Part shown: one piece after another, positions 1 to 12,633 of the stretch
How positions within the stretch are numbered: the first letter of the stretch is position 1
How the letters are laid out: every line of letters begins with the position of its first letter
NCBI GenBank assembly: GCA_951406725.2
Contig: OX597815.1
Location: 156,736,001-156,800,000 of the forward strand
Length of the DNA: 64,000 nt
Origin: Octopus vulgaris
Lineage: Eukaryota
Direction: 5' to 3'
Program-made: the position numbers and the translations under genes
Notes under the pieces: model-generated
What the model was told of the DNA's origin: nothing
The model's input: the letters and a program-made list of their open reading frames with translations, nothing else
Database searches by the model: none

Positions 1-175
1 AGCTCCCCCGATTGTGATTCGATGGATTGTAATATGCTACGTCAAAGGCCGAGCTGGTGGCCGAGCTCAAGGATGTCTTAGAAGATCTTCCTATGGACAT
101 AGTGAAAAACACATGCGTGTGACTCTGCAGTTTTCTTGAGACCGTAGTGGTAGCTGTACTATTAAAAAGTTATGA
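1..175 (+). mobile_element. Degenerate C-terminal fragment of a Tc1/mariner-superfamily transposase (maT/DD37D-like), running off the window start
   Basis: Translates SSPDCDSMDC ... KAELVAELKDVLEDLPMDIVKNTCV*LCSFLETVVVA. This resembles SPDxNPxD followed by the xxAC..F..RLEAVVxA C-terminus of these transposases. Confidence 0.5.
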
Positions 176-817
176 AACAATTTATTTTTAAAGATGATCT
201 TGTCATAAGTTAATTAAGTAATACTGGGGAGAAATGAAAACAAAAATCTATAATAACCTTTTAATTATTTACTTCAGTCATTCGACTCAATCAATTACAC
301 TGTGTAACAAAATGTTCATTTTCTGTTTTTGTTTTTGGTCAGTAAGTGCTATTTACTATTTGCTTCTATCAAGAAATAAACGAAGGGAAATGGCCACTAT
401 TTCCTTCGAACTTAGCTTTTCTGAAGTAGACATCAATGTTTTGAAAATGACCTATTTTCCACTACATTTCAAACAGATTCACCGTTGAGTTGCTGAAAGA
501 AAAATATCTCCAGGCAAATATTCTTCTCAATACCAGAGATTTGCTTGTCAGTTGCTTAACCGTAACCACGTCAGCATAACCCTTTGTGGATGACAATATG
601 TGTATCTCTGATCATGGACAAGAGCAGAGTGGGAACATCATAGCTATGCGTTTAGATGTATTTTTTATGATTTGAATAAATGTAACAAAATCAAAGTTTG
701 AAGGAAATATTAGCCATTTTTCATACATCCTAAGTGTAATCAAATAGGGATTAACAGTTGCTACCAAAGGACAAAAATCGTGTTGCACAGCGCCATTTTT
801 GTACATTCCCTATTTTA

Positions 818-2081
818 TCAGGTCATCCCATAAGTTCTGTCCGAATTTCGAATAAAGAAAGCAAGTGATCAAATGTTATACTTAATTGAAATTCAGTCAT
901 CAATGTACTTTCTCTGATTAAATATGACTTCCTTCCATTTATTTACAAGCTTTTTAATCCCATCAATATAAAATTATTTTGATTTCAAAGCGAAGACCTC
1001 TGAAATGACAGTTTCGACCTCCTCCTGGCTTACGAAAGTTATGTCCCCCAAATGATTCTGTAAACTACGAAACAAATGATAGTCTGCAGGAGCAAGGTCG
1101 GGAGAATAAGGTGGATGAGGAATTTTTTCCCAACCAAGCTCTTCGATCTTTAGTGATGTGATCTTTGCAGTGTAGGGTCGCGCATTGTCCTGATGAAACA
1201 TTACTCCTTTTCGGGTCACTAAAGCGGGTCTTTTTTTCTTCAAACCTTAGTTCAGATGCTCTAATTGCTGACAGTAGACTTCAGCATTGCTGCATTAGGT
1301 GGTAACAATGCAGAATGAAGTACTCCTTTGCATTTCCACCAGATACAGAGAAGAACGCTTTTTCCCATGAATTTCCATTCTCGGTTGTGATTGAGCTTTT
1401 TTACCTTTTGCCACGTTTAGCATTTCGATAGAAGATCCATTTTTCGTCAAAACTCTATTCAAAAAGGGTAAAATAAGTTCGCGAGAATGGAGAGAATAGC
1501 AGATGTCAACTCGGGATTTGCGGTTGCTTTCGGACACTTCATGAGGCACCCATTTCCCAAGTTTAGGAACCTTTCCAAGTTGTTGAAGATGACGATGAAC
1601 AAAGGCATGGTTTGAACTAAGCTTTATTGCCAATTCTTCAAATGATAATGCAGGATTTTCTTCAAGTAATGCCTCAAGGAGCCTATCATCAAACTCAACT
1701 GGACATCCTGTTCGATCTTCATCCTCAAGGCTGAAATCTCCACTTCTGAATTTTGCAAACCATCTTCTGCAACTTCTTTCATTCAAGCATTCTTTCCCAT
1801 AAACTGAGTATGTTTCGAGTTGCTTCGACTGCAGAGTTTCCTTTTTTTTTGTACTCATAAAGCATTATGTGCCTTAAATGCTCTTTGGATACTTCCATGT
1901 TAGAAAGGGTTTAATCAAAGAAATTTAATTGTATTATTGTGTAAATTAATATTTGATTAGTTTAAATGTACACAAATGCATAAAAATAGTTTTTAATTCC
2001 ATTCGATATTCTAAAATACTATTAAATTTCATTCAATTTAAAAAAAACGTAAAATCGGACAGAACTTATGGGATGACCTGA
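818..2081 (-). mobile_element. Full-length mariner (DD34D) DNA transposon, 1264 bp
   Basis: Perfect 27-bp TIRs: TCAGGTCATCCCATAAGTTCTGTCCGA at 818-844 and its reverse complement at 2055-2081. TA target dinucleotides at 816-817 and 2082-2083. Confidence 0.97.
893..1898 (-). pseudogene. Frameshifted mariner transposase
   Basis: Start MEVSKEHLRHIML; WFAKFRSGDFSLEDEDR; WVPHEV (WVPHEL motif); HQDNARPY...HPPYSPDLAPADYHLF with D-34-D spacing. Split over ORFs 1295-1858 and 974-1243 by frameshifts and stops. Confidence 0.93.
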
Positions 2082-2119
2082 TAGTTGGTTCTGTTGTTAA
2101 AAAATGCGCTTTGCAACCA

Positions 2120-2283
2120 CTTATACGTGTTTGTGCGTATGCGTGTGTGTGTGTATGTGTGTCTGCGTGCGTGTGTTTGTGTGTACGTGCGCGCGACCGT
2201 GTATGTGTGCGCTCATTCTCCATAAAATACACACACACACACATATGTATATATATATGTGTGTGTGCGAGTGTGTATACAAA

Positions 2284-2343
<60 letters not shown>

Positions 2344-2400
2344 TGAAAGAGAAAGAAAGAGAGAGAGAAAGAAGATGGGAATGAGAGAGATAGATTGATA
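2120..2400. repeat. Compound microsatellite (TG)n/(CA)n/(TA)n/(GA)n
   Basis: Directly visible. Confidence 0.95.
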
Positions 2401-2782
2401 ACAGATAAAACGACAAACAGAAATGACAGAACAAAAGAAAGCGAGAAATAGTTATTAAGGCATTAAATCTATTCATTTATGAAATTAAATCCTCTGTTTT
2501 ACGGAGTATTAGGTAACTATTTTGAAATCAATCTGAATACAAAAGAATGTTATTTCTTACAAAGTACTTCTATTCGTTTCATAAACATTAATTTTCTAGA
2601 AATCGATGTGTACAATTTCTGATGCGTCTTACGATGTATTTCAAGAATTCAGTCATTATTAAATATTAAAAGATGGAAGCACTGAAAGAAAAATATAGAA
2701 ACAGTTTTTGAAATTAATATATGTAATCTGTTTAAGAACGGCATAATGGGATGCATTGTGTTCTCTGTGTTTGCATATATGC

Positions 2783-2856
<74 letters not shown>

Positions 2857-2875
2857 ATGCGTGTGAGTCTGTTTG

Positions 2876-2924
<49 letters not shown>

Positions 2925-2955
2925 CTCTCTTTCTGTCTGTCTGTCTGTCTCTGTC

Positions 2956-2990
<35 letters not shown>
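2783..2990. repeat. (TATC)n plus (TC)n microsatellite
   Basis: Directly visible. Confidence 0.95.
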
Positions 2991-2993
2991 GTA

Positions 2994-3387
2994 GGCGCAG
3001 TCCTGGGCGTGTGCTAAGAAGTTTGCTTCCCAACCACAGAGATCCAGGTTCAGTCTCGGGCAAGTATCTCCTACTATAGCCTCAGGCCGACCAAAGACTT
3101 ATTAGTATATTTGGTAGACGGAAATTGAAGGAAACCCGTCGTAAATATATTTCCGCCCCGGCATCCAAAACTCGCCGTTTTATAATGGCAACCGAATAAT
3201 CGTCACATATTATATTACAGATAAATTGCTCTATTTACATAATATATATATGTATACATATATATATATAAATATATATATGTAGGTCCCGGGTTGATTC
3301 GGGGTTAACCACAGTAAGTAAGGTACTCAATATGAAGATTTCTCTTGAATGAAACAGTACTAGTCCTGTAGAAGCTCCTTCTATATA

Positions 3388-3419
<32 letters not shown>

Positions 3420-3420
3420 T

Positions 3421-3474
<54 letters not shown>

Positions 3475-3717
3475 TTATATATATATATATACATATATGC
3501 ATACATATGTATATACATATATACATATACATATATACACACACACACACATATATATATATAGTAAGAACAATAACAATCCTTGGATAGAATTTATAAG
3601 TATTCTAATGTATCGCTACGCGCGTTTCCACGAGCCTTACGTTTTTTAAGATCATAGTCCGTATTCCTGGGATGATTACAGTGCAATACATAAAGGTCTC
3701 CCGTAAACGAACTTAAA

Positions 3718-3788
<71 letters not shown>

Positions 3789-4007
3789 TGTATGTATGTA
3801 TGTATGTATGTATGTATACATGTTTGTGTTTCTGTGTTTGTCCCCCCACTATCACTTGCAAACCGATGTTGGTGTGTTTACTTCCCTGTAACTTTGCGGT
3901 TCGAAAAATGGGAACGAAGGAATCAGTACAAGGCTTATAAACGAGTTGTTTGACTAAAGGCGGTTTACCAGAGTGGCCACCGTGAAATGATCGAAACAAG
4001 TAAAAGA

Positions 4008-4010
<3 letters not shown>
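2994..4010 (+). mobile_element. Family-B tRNA-derived SINE split by an expanded internal microsatellite carrying other insertions (5' half 2994-3145, 3' half ~3820-4010)
   Basis: Both halves align by eye to the intact copy at 20565-20990 (GGGCAAGT..CTACTATAGCCTC; CCCGTAACTT..GCGGTTCG..TGA..GAAACAAGTAAAAGAG). Confidence 0.75.
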
Positions 4011-4052
<42 letters not shown>

Positions 4053-4055
<3 letters not shown>

Positions 4056-5063
4056 GAGGTGTAGTCAAAATGTGTCTGACCTTGATTATTAGGTGGCCGG
4101 TCCTTCCTGATCATGCGCAAAAGTATTCGTGTATGTAGGGACCGACATTCTCCCGCAGTGACACGCGTTGAGTACAATCGCGAAATGTGTGCTGTGAGAT
4201 TTATCTCTTTTAGTCAATATGACAGAGCGCATTGTGCAAAGATATTGTATCAAAGTCTGCCAAAGACTCGGTGATACGCAAACCCAGACTATTGAGAATG
4301 CTGCTATGGGAAAAACACAAATTAAGGAGTGGTACAACCGGTTCAAAGATGGCCGCTCCTCAGTGGACAGTGAGCCAGGTTGTGGCAGAAACGACGGAAT
4401 TATTCGTTAACACACTGGACGAAATGCTTAACGGTAGTTTGTCTGCCGTTACGTTCTGAGTTCCAATTTCGCCTGTCATCCTTTCGGGGTCGATAAATTA
4501 AGTACCAGTTACGCACTGGGGTAGATGTAATCGACTTAATCTCTGTGTCTGTCCTTGTTTGTCCCCTTTATGTTTAGCCCCTTGTGGGCAATAAAGAAAT
4601 ACGAAACGACGAAATTATTGCAAAGTTTCGAGGAATAGTCTATGAAGACCGTTGTGTGACAATTGAGGAGATTGTTGCCAAAGTTGGAATCAGCCATGAT
4701 TCAGTTCAGTGAGTTCATTCCGCACATATCATCCAAACATTCCTAGTCAAGCAAAACAAGCACTTGTTCGTCAGGCTTCCTACTTCCCAGACTTGGCTAT
4801 GTGAGTTTGGGCTTCTTCCAAAGCTCACAAAACATTCAGAGGGAGAACATTTGAGTAAACAGTGGACATTAAGCAAAATTCAACGGCACAGCTCTCCCAA
4901 AAAGTGATTTCCAGGAATGTTTCCAACTGTTGCAGGAACGCTGGCAGAAATATGTAGACTCCCAAGAGAAATACTTTGAAGGAGGCTAAATCAAAATGGT
5001 GAATCTTTCAATATTACGTGTTTTTGTGTCCAAAAGTCTGATAAATTTTGACTACACATCGTA
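4053..5063 (+). mobile_element. Internally deleted mariner (irritans-like) interrupted by a SINE
   Basis: Imperfect TIRs CACGAGGTGTAGTCAAAA / TTTTGACTACACATCGTA with TA on both flanks. N-terminus MTERIVQRYCIKVCQRLG...WYNRFKDGRSSVDSEP; C-terminus FQECFQLLQERWQKYVDSQEKYFEG. Confidence 0.88.
4405..4602 (+). mobile_element. 5'-truncated family-A SINE inserted in the mariner
   Basis: Core CATCCTTTCGGGGTCGATAAATTAAGTACCAG. 17-bp TSD GAAACGACG(G/A)AATTATT at 4388-4404 and 4603-4619. Confidence 0.9.
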
Positions 5064-5389
5064 TATATGCTTTTATGTATAAAACTTGTTACCAATTTTT
5101 GAGACCTATTCGAACCCGTAAGAATGTTATTTACTGCATTTCATTAATCTCTGATCAAAACAATTTAACAGGTGGTGCTAAACGTATTGGATTGTAATAA
5201 GTGAGACTCGATCTCGTTAGTTCAGAGTTGCATCTCTTTCCAAAATTCTTTGCGGATGAGAAGTTAATTACTTTAAAGTGCATGCACCAATCAGTCTGCA
5301 TTGAGGACTTTCCTAATTTGGTGTGTTTTCAACTTTCGACAGCAACAAAAATTTTACCGTGACAAAATTCAGTGAACGTTATTCTGTTC

Positions 5390-5450
5390 TGCACACACAC
5401 ACACACATACACACATACACACACATACGCATGCGCACATACACACACAC

Positions 5451-5537
<87 letters not shown>

Positions 5538-5540
5538 CAG
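5390..5540. repeat. (CA)n plus (GATA)n microsatellite
   Basis: Directly visible. Confidence 0.95.
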
Positions 5541-5545
5541 ATGAA

Positions 5546-5776
5546 GGCGGCGAGCTGGCAGAATCGTTAGCACGCCAGGCGAAATGCTTAGAGGTATTTC
5601 GTCTGTCTTTACGTTCTGAGTTCAAATTCCGCCGAGGTTGATTTTGCCTTTCATCCTTTCGGGGTCGATAAATTAAGTACTAGTTACGCACTATGGTCGA
5701 TGTAATCGACTTAATCCCTTTGCCTGCCCTTGTTTGTCCCCTCTATGTTTAGCCCCTTGTGGGCAATAAAGAAATA
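5546..5776 (+). mobile_element. Full-length family-A tRNA-derived SINE
   Basis: A-box-like TGGCAGAATCG, B-box-like GTTCAAATTCC, conserved GCCTTTCATCCTTTCGGGGTCGATAAA core, and AATAAAGAAATA tail. Many related copies occur in the window. Confidence 0.9.
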
Positions 5777-6919
5777 TGATGGATGAATAATGTATGGACG
5801 GACGGACTGACGGACAGATAGCTGGGCAGCCAATTAGTAGACAGTTAAAAACGTTATCTTTCCGAACTCTAAGGAATCATTTACTTTGCATACAACTAAA
5901 TCTACTGTCGCTTCGATTTTAAATTGCTTATTATGTTCGAAAGAAATCTGTGCAATAACACAACTGCTTGCTTCTTCTAACTTCTCGAAAGTGATGTCTT
6001 GTCTTGTACTAAATTCTATAAGAGTGCAAAAATATATGAAAACGCATAAATATTAGATACTCAAGTATTAGATACTCAAATGCATGCACGAAAACAGCAT
6101 TGACTCAATCACACATATAAACCCGTAATAAACACATACATTTAATTAATGTATTAAATGCAACGTGATCGCTGGGATGCAAATACATTTATATATACGC
6201 GTATATACAAATGCACATGTACATAATTGTTTGAATGAAAAACGCATACATCGAGCTGTATACAAGCACATACTTTTGTATATTTATCTACACTCACAGT
6301 TACATACACGAACTTATATTCACGTAGACAAACATATTCAAACATCCATTTCCACGTACATAAATGATCATGCATATACACACATACATATACAAATATA
6401 CGAATAGATGATTGGATAGAATCTACAACCGGGAATTTTACTAGATGTAAGTGTTATTAACTAAGTCCATTTCAAGAGGTTTGGTCAATCAATTCTTCGA
6501 TCAATACAATATCGATTCCAAATAAATAAACGCACGCCGAAATCACTGATTTTCCAATTCATTCTCACGTACAAAATATTTGACTCTTTGTCTCTTCAAT
6601 CTACTGGATTTATTTCGGTAATTCTACCCACCGTTGTGAACGCCAACATAATTCATCAAATTTTCAATCTCAAACAAACCAATGACTAACTCACAAAACT
6701 ACCCACATCCAACCCCAAAACCAATAGCACTCCCATCACGACTGCAACCATCGTATCACCGCCTCTCTTCTAGAACGTATCATGTCCCACTATAATATTA
6801 CTGCGATAATGTCCTTCATATTGACTAAATACTCTTCTACAAATACTATCCATTTTGTTTACGTTTGTTTATTTCCCATTATTAATTAATGTACAACGAT
6901 CTTCAAACATAATAGTAGT

Positions 6920-7039
6920 CGTTATATATATATATATATAAATGTATGTATGTATGAATCAATATATATATATACACGCACTTACATATATATATATATA
7001 CATATATATATACACGCACTTACATATATATACACATGC

Positions 7040-7074
<35 letters not shown>

Positions 7075-7115
7075 CGTATGTATGTATGTACGTATGTTCA
7101 TATATATATACATGC
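6920..7115. repeat. (TA)n/(TATG)n low-complexity tract
   Basis: Directly visible. Confidence 0.9.
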
Positions 7116-7743
7116 GTGTGCCTTGTGTTGAATCCATCTAAAACGTATATTAAATAGCCTATTAATAGATTAATCACTTAAACAGAATCAATGAATCAAT
7201 GTGTTATCTTAACCTTGTTTTAGCGTCTCTATTCAATTGGTTAAGAGCAGGTTTCAAGGTGACTTTTGTTGGACCACAAGGTTTATCTTAGATTTTATAT
7301 ATGTCTATAGCGTGTTTTGATATAAAATCTGGTATCAGTGTTGTCTGGGTTAGTCAAGTGTAGAATGTCTCATTGTAGATAACAAAAAGATATATTTTCG
7401 GATTCAATGGAAATGTCAATCAGAGATGAAGAAATGATGTGGAAAAGAGAGAGAGGTGGGGGGAGAATTAGAGAAAAAACGAGATATATATTGTGAGGAA
7501 TAAAGCTAACACTATTGAAAGACAAATATACAGACAGATGGAGACATTGAGAGAAGATGAGAAAGATAAGAATGTTTTGTTCTTGATTGATCATTCCCGT
7601 GATTCTGAAAGTAAACATTGGTCAGCCATTGGATAATTTCTACTATTGGTATAAAGTTACTTAGTTCTGTTTGTGTAAAAGTTAATAAATCGAATCAGTT
7701 GTAGAATGTGACTGGTATTCATTTTATCACACTCAAAAAGTTT

Positions 7744-7747
<4 letters not shown>

Positions 7748-7782
<35 letters not shown>

Positions 7783-7785
7783 GAT

Positions 7786-7866
<81 letters not shown>

Positions 7867-7960
7867 CACATATGCGTACATACATACACATATACACACA
7901 CACACATATACATGCACATGGATTACACACACAAACACACACATACTTATGCATACGTAT
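7748..7960. repeat. (TA)n/(GATA)n/(CA)n compound microsatellite
   Basis: Directly visible. Confidence 0.93.
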
Positions 7961-8095
7961 ATATGGTCGGTGCCTTTCTTTATCCGTAGACTAACTTATG
8001 ATATTTCAAATCTATACAGTACTGTTGACCAAATAAGCTAAATTATCTGAACGGCAATGTTTCAGATGCCCCCGTTATTAACAGTAATTGTTTAA

Positions 8096-8303
8096 GGCAG
8101 CGACGTGGCAGAATAGTTAGCACGGAGGGCGAAATCCTTAACGCTATTTCGTTCTTTATATGCTGAGTTGAAAATCCGATCGAGGCCGACTTAGCCTTTC
8201 ATTCTTTGGTGTCGATAAAATAAATACCAGTTAAGTAATAGAGTCGATGTACTAGACTTACTCTCTACCACGAACTTGCTGACCTGGAGCCAAAATTTGA
8301 AAC
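8096..8303 (+). mobile_element. Diverged family-A SINE
   Basis: GGCAGCGACGTGGCAGAATAGTTAGCAC...GCCTTTCATTCTTTGGTGTCGATAAAA. Degenerate CCGTTATTA..AGTA.TTGTT direct repeat on both flanks. Confidence 0.8.
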
Positions 8304-9049
8304 CGTTATTAGAAGTAGTTGTTAGGAAGAAACTAATTAATTATGATTCACTTATTCGGTGTTGCAACCTCAACAGTGCAAGTGTCTCGAAGTTATTTAC
8401 ACTCAGTAGAAATATACGCACAGATGTGGCTTAAAAAGTGTAGACAAATTCAAGTAAGAAGATCGTTTCTTTCTCCAACGACATTTTCTTTCGGAACTGG
8501 AATAAAAATTGATTAGGATTTCACCAAAGAGAAATGTGCCTGACCTCCAGCCTTTCAATCCCGTCTACCACACAACATCTTTTGCCACGGCCATCAGACA
8601 TAAGAGCATTGTCCGCTTAGCTTTATTGAAGGATAGTGGTCGAGCGATTTTCACGTAGGATTCGTTCGGTAGCTAAATCCGTCCCACATTTGATGAGAGA
8701 TGTTGAACATAACTGCCCCACTCAGCAACATTCGTGTATTGAGCGAATGCGTGCAGTATAGTTTTGTCACTGTACGTACATCTCATACAGACCCACTTGC
8801 GAGCACAAAAACATGAGGAAAGGAGCAAAGGGGAGACAGAGCGTTGAACTGTAAATTATTGATAACTTCAGCGTTAAGTAGGGATAAAATACTTCAATTC
8901 GTCATAAATTCAGGACTGTGACAAACCATTATTGCTGTCATGCATGTCACCTATATAACAAAATCCAGACTTTCACCTAATTCTTCTCCGATGATGAAAC
9001 TTGAGTTCGAAGCCTCGGCGATTACTCTTATTTCAGGGCAATGACATTC

Positions 9050-10230
9050 ACAATTTGACAGAAGAGATGTAAGGAAAATGTCGAGCCCAATCTAGATGAA
9101 GAAGGGTGTAGCATAGGTCCTAGATGCAGTGCAGATGAGCAAATATTTACTCTGTTTCGGGACTTCAAGAAATCGTGGGAATATTGCCAAGTTGTGTACG
9201 CTTGATTTATTGACCTCGAAAAGGCATACGAGCGTGATTCGTGACCTTGAAAAGGCATATGAACGTGATTCGTGACCTCGAAAAGGCATATGAACGTGAT
9301 TCGTGGGACAGGCAGTGGTGGGGTTGTTGGATTAATGGGCAACATCTGCTTGCCGTGAAGTCCCTATATGAATGTTTGAGTAAATGGTGCTAAGTCGAAA
9401 TCTTTCAATGTGGGTGTTGGACTTCAGCAGGGATGCATATTTTCACCTCACCTTTTCATAATTTTTATGAACTGGATTGACATGCGCAGCCGTTGTGGTA
9501 GTGATGTCACAATTGGTCAGCTGATATTTGCAGACGACAGAGTACTGTATGGCGAATTAGAAGTTGATCCGCAGCATGATGAATACTGCAAGATGGGAAT
9601 GAGAGTTAGTATTGCGAAGACTGTGACATTGATCCTTTCAAGAAAGTTTCCACAGTGTAGCTGCATTTTAATCAAATATCACACAGATAAGTGGAGAGGT
9701 TTAAGTATCTTAGGGTTATATTCATGACTGATGAGAATCAGGAGGCTGAATAGGATGCTTAAATGACAGGTGCTGGCACGTAAATGCACCAGCTCCAGAA
9801 TTTGATCTCCAGAAGTGACGTTGGTAAAACCGATTCGCTATCTTCAATTCAGTTTTCGTGACTATGACCTAAAGAGTACAATCGCGAATACAAGAGGCCG
9901 AAATGGGGCTTCTCTGAAGGATTTCTGGAGTAAAGTTACTGAACAGAGAGCGTTGTTCGGAGATCAGGGAGTCTCTCCAAGACAGGCCTCAACTTTTCTA
10001 CTTTCATGCGATTAGAATGTCACAGGTAAGAACCGCAAGCAGGATTCTTCAAATGGAGTTAATTGATAAGAACCCGTGAAATAGACACACAAAAACGAGG
10101 TGGTGGGATGATATTCTGTGTCAGTTTGTCACGCTTGCGAATCCAGCCGGAAAGCTAAATGGCGGTTTCTTCACTTAGGACCCTACAGATGAGATACCTG
10201 GAGACTACACTTACCATCTTCCTAATAATA
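9050..10230 (+). pseudogene. Degenerate RTE-clade LINE reverse transcriptase and 3' end
   Basis: EQIFTLFRDFKKSWEY..VYA*FIDLEKAY; GVGLQQGCIFSPHLFIIFM; LIFADD; GMRVSIAKT; QVERFKYL. These are RTE-type RT motifs carrying stops and frameshifts. Confidence 0.88.
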
Positions 10231-10929
10231 GTGGCCAGAGAAAATACAAGGATACATTTATAATTCATTTAATTTTACCACATTTCATGCTTAATTGTTT
10301 CTGTCCGCAGACCTTCGTCGAGTCCTTATTTTGAGTTTAAAATAAAGTACTGTAAATAATTTGTATTCTATGAATACAAAATATCACCTGTTTGTCGGTA
10401 CGAACTCATGACCTCTCCGTGCGATGAAAAGGAAAATTATCAGCTTAAATTGTTCATTACAATTGAAAGTAAGCCTTGTTAAAAGATCAGGTTGCATTCA
10501 TTAACCGACATCTTCAATATACACTATTGCTTACTGATGAAGATGTCCACGACGATAGTGACGAGAAAGAGTGGGAGTAAGAGTAGGATAGTAGTTAAGG
10601 ATGAGGATGATAGGGATAATACTGATGATGTGTGTGTGTGTTGGTGGTTACAACAGTCATGCTAAAGATATTGGATGTTAATGGATTATGACGATGACTT
10701 CGATGATGATGACGATGATGATGGGAGTGGAAGGATGTGCAGGATGTGGATGCCAATCACGAATTGATTACATTGTCAGAGATGGGGCTGGTGATATTAC
10801 CGATAAAAAAAAAAGGAAACAAAACACGAGGAATAAAAGATTTAAAAGTTTCATTACGGAATGTTTGCATCGTTGGAGAAAGTAAATAATTCAATAGGAT
10901 ACAGAGCACATATATTTTTACAGACGCAC

Positions 10930-11099
10930 GTAATGTTTATATACACACGATTGTATATACATATATATATATACATATATATATATATAGACGCACATAC
11001 CCACATATGCATAAAGACACACAAACACCCACACACGCACACACACACGTATGCATGTCTATATTCACATAAAGATACATGCGTACTGTATACGCATGC

Positions 11100-11156
<57 letters not shown>

Positions 11157-11240
11157 CATATATATATATATATATGTATGTATGCATGTATCTATGTATA
11201 TATACAGTGATAGACACACAGTGAGAGAGAGAGAGAGAGT
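10930..11240. repeat. (TA)n/(CA)n/(GA)n compound microsatellite
   Basis: Directly visible. Confidence 0.93.
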
Positions 11241-11497
11241 AGCTAAATCTATACACGTTTTATTTATTTTATATCGTCCAGATTGTGAAGAATGGCGTCG
11301 TTTGTTAGAGCTTTCAAAGGACTATGTAATGGCTCATTACATTTACAAAAGCAAAAGTTGATAAGCTGGTGGCTGTGTAACTCGTGCGAAATAAATAACA
11401 CAATACAATTTTGTTAGAACGCACCGGTTTATCGCCTTCTTATTTTTCTCCCAATGAAGTGTACATTTCTCGCCGAAGTACATCGATTATATATATG

Positions 11498-11528
<31 letters not shown>

Positions 11529-11536
<8 letters not shown>

Positions 11537-11992
11537 AGTGAATGGAATAAATGGAGTTGAACGAAGATTGTACAGAATACCTTTTATTACATTCTACACA
11601 TGTTTCGAAGCCACAAATTTCCAAATTCTGTTTAAATAAGGGTACCATATAGCGGCTTTCTCTTCAGGAAAAAACAGGAATTCCGTTGACAGGACAAAAC
11701 AAAACAGAGGCACAGCAATTGAACGAAGATGCTCCTAGAGCCCATGGCTGAGTTCAGCCATGGGCTCCTAAGGAGCCTTCGAAACATGTGTAGAATGTAA
11801 TAAAAGGTATTCTGTACAATCTTCGTTCAACTCCATTTATTCCATTCACTAATAATATTAAACTTCAATTATCCGCTCCAACGCACGGTTGCAACACCAA
11901 ATGGTCTTATCTCCAACCGTGCTGTTTTCCCTGTGATTTTTGCTGTATCGGTTAAACCTTTGAATAATCTGTGAAAATTCATCTTTCTATTT

Positions 11993-12000
<8 letters not shown>
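11529..12000. mobile_element. Short Penelope-type (pseudo-LTR-like) insertion in (TA)n with a perfect 82-bp inverted repeat
   Basis: 11529-11610 is the exact reverse complement of 11777-11858. The minus strand carries CTGAAGA...GAAACATGTGTA, an HHR-like core. (TA)n flanks both sides. Confidence 0.65.
11592..11670 (-). ncRNA. Hammerhead-ribozyme-like motif (long stem II, weak stem I)
   Basis: Minus strand reads UUC-CUGAAGA-GAAAGCC...GGCUUC-GAAA-CAUGUG-UA-GAA. Core nucleotides are intact but stems I and III are marginal. Confidence 0.45.
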
Positions 12001-12074
<74 letters not shown>

Positions 12075-12083
12075 TATAAATAT

Positions 12084-12133
<50 letters not shown>

Positions 12134-12172
12134 GCATACGCACACACACATACACACACAAACACACATACC

Positions 12173-12248
<76 letters not shown>

Positions 12249-12250
12249 TG
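12001..12250. repeat. (TA)n/(CA)n/(GATA)n microsatellite
   Basis: Directly visible. Confidence 0.95.
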
Positions 12251-12255
12251 TTTTC

Positions 12256-12633
12256 TTTTATCATTTACTTGTTTCAGTCATTAGACTGCGGCCATGCCGG
12301 GGGCACAGCCTTGAAGAATTTTATTCGAACAAAACGACCCCAGTACTTTTCTGTAAGCCTGGTACTTATTCTAGCGACCTCTTTCGCCGAACCGCTAAGT
12401 TATGGAGACGTAAACAATAAATACCGGTTTTCAAGTGGTAGTGTGGTGACAAACACTGACACATATATACGACGAGCCTCTTTCAGTTTCCGTCTATCAA
12501 ATCCCCTCGCACGGCTTTAGTCGGCCCGAGGATATAGGAGAAGACACCTACACAAGGTGGCATGCAGTGGGACTGAACCCCGAGTCATGAGGTTGGAAAT
12601 CAAGCTTCTTATCAGACAGCCACGCCTGCACCT
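12256..12633 (-). mobile_element. Family-B SINE
   Basis: Reverse complement of the 20565-20990 copy (TTACTTGTTTCAGTCATT...GGGACTGAACCC...CAGCCACGCCTGCACC). Confidence 0.88.

Noticed and set aside
974-1858. SETMAR-like host gene
   Set aside because: There is no SET domain, the transposase is frameshifted, and it is bounded by TIRs and TA TSDs.
7200-7370. Minus-strand LKPALNQ resembling a Penelope endonuclease C-terminus
   Set aside because: It is a single short motif without the upstream GIY-YIG signature.
8987-9020. CCGATGATGAAACTTGAGTTCGAAG as an HHR
   Set aside because: Two core positions deviate and there is no stem I or III, so it is indistinguishable from chance.
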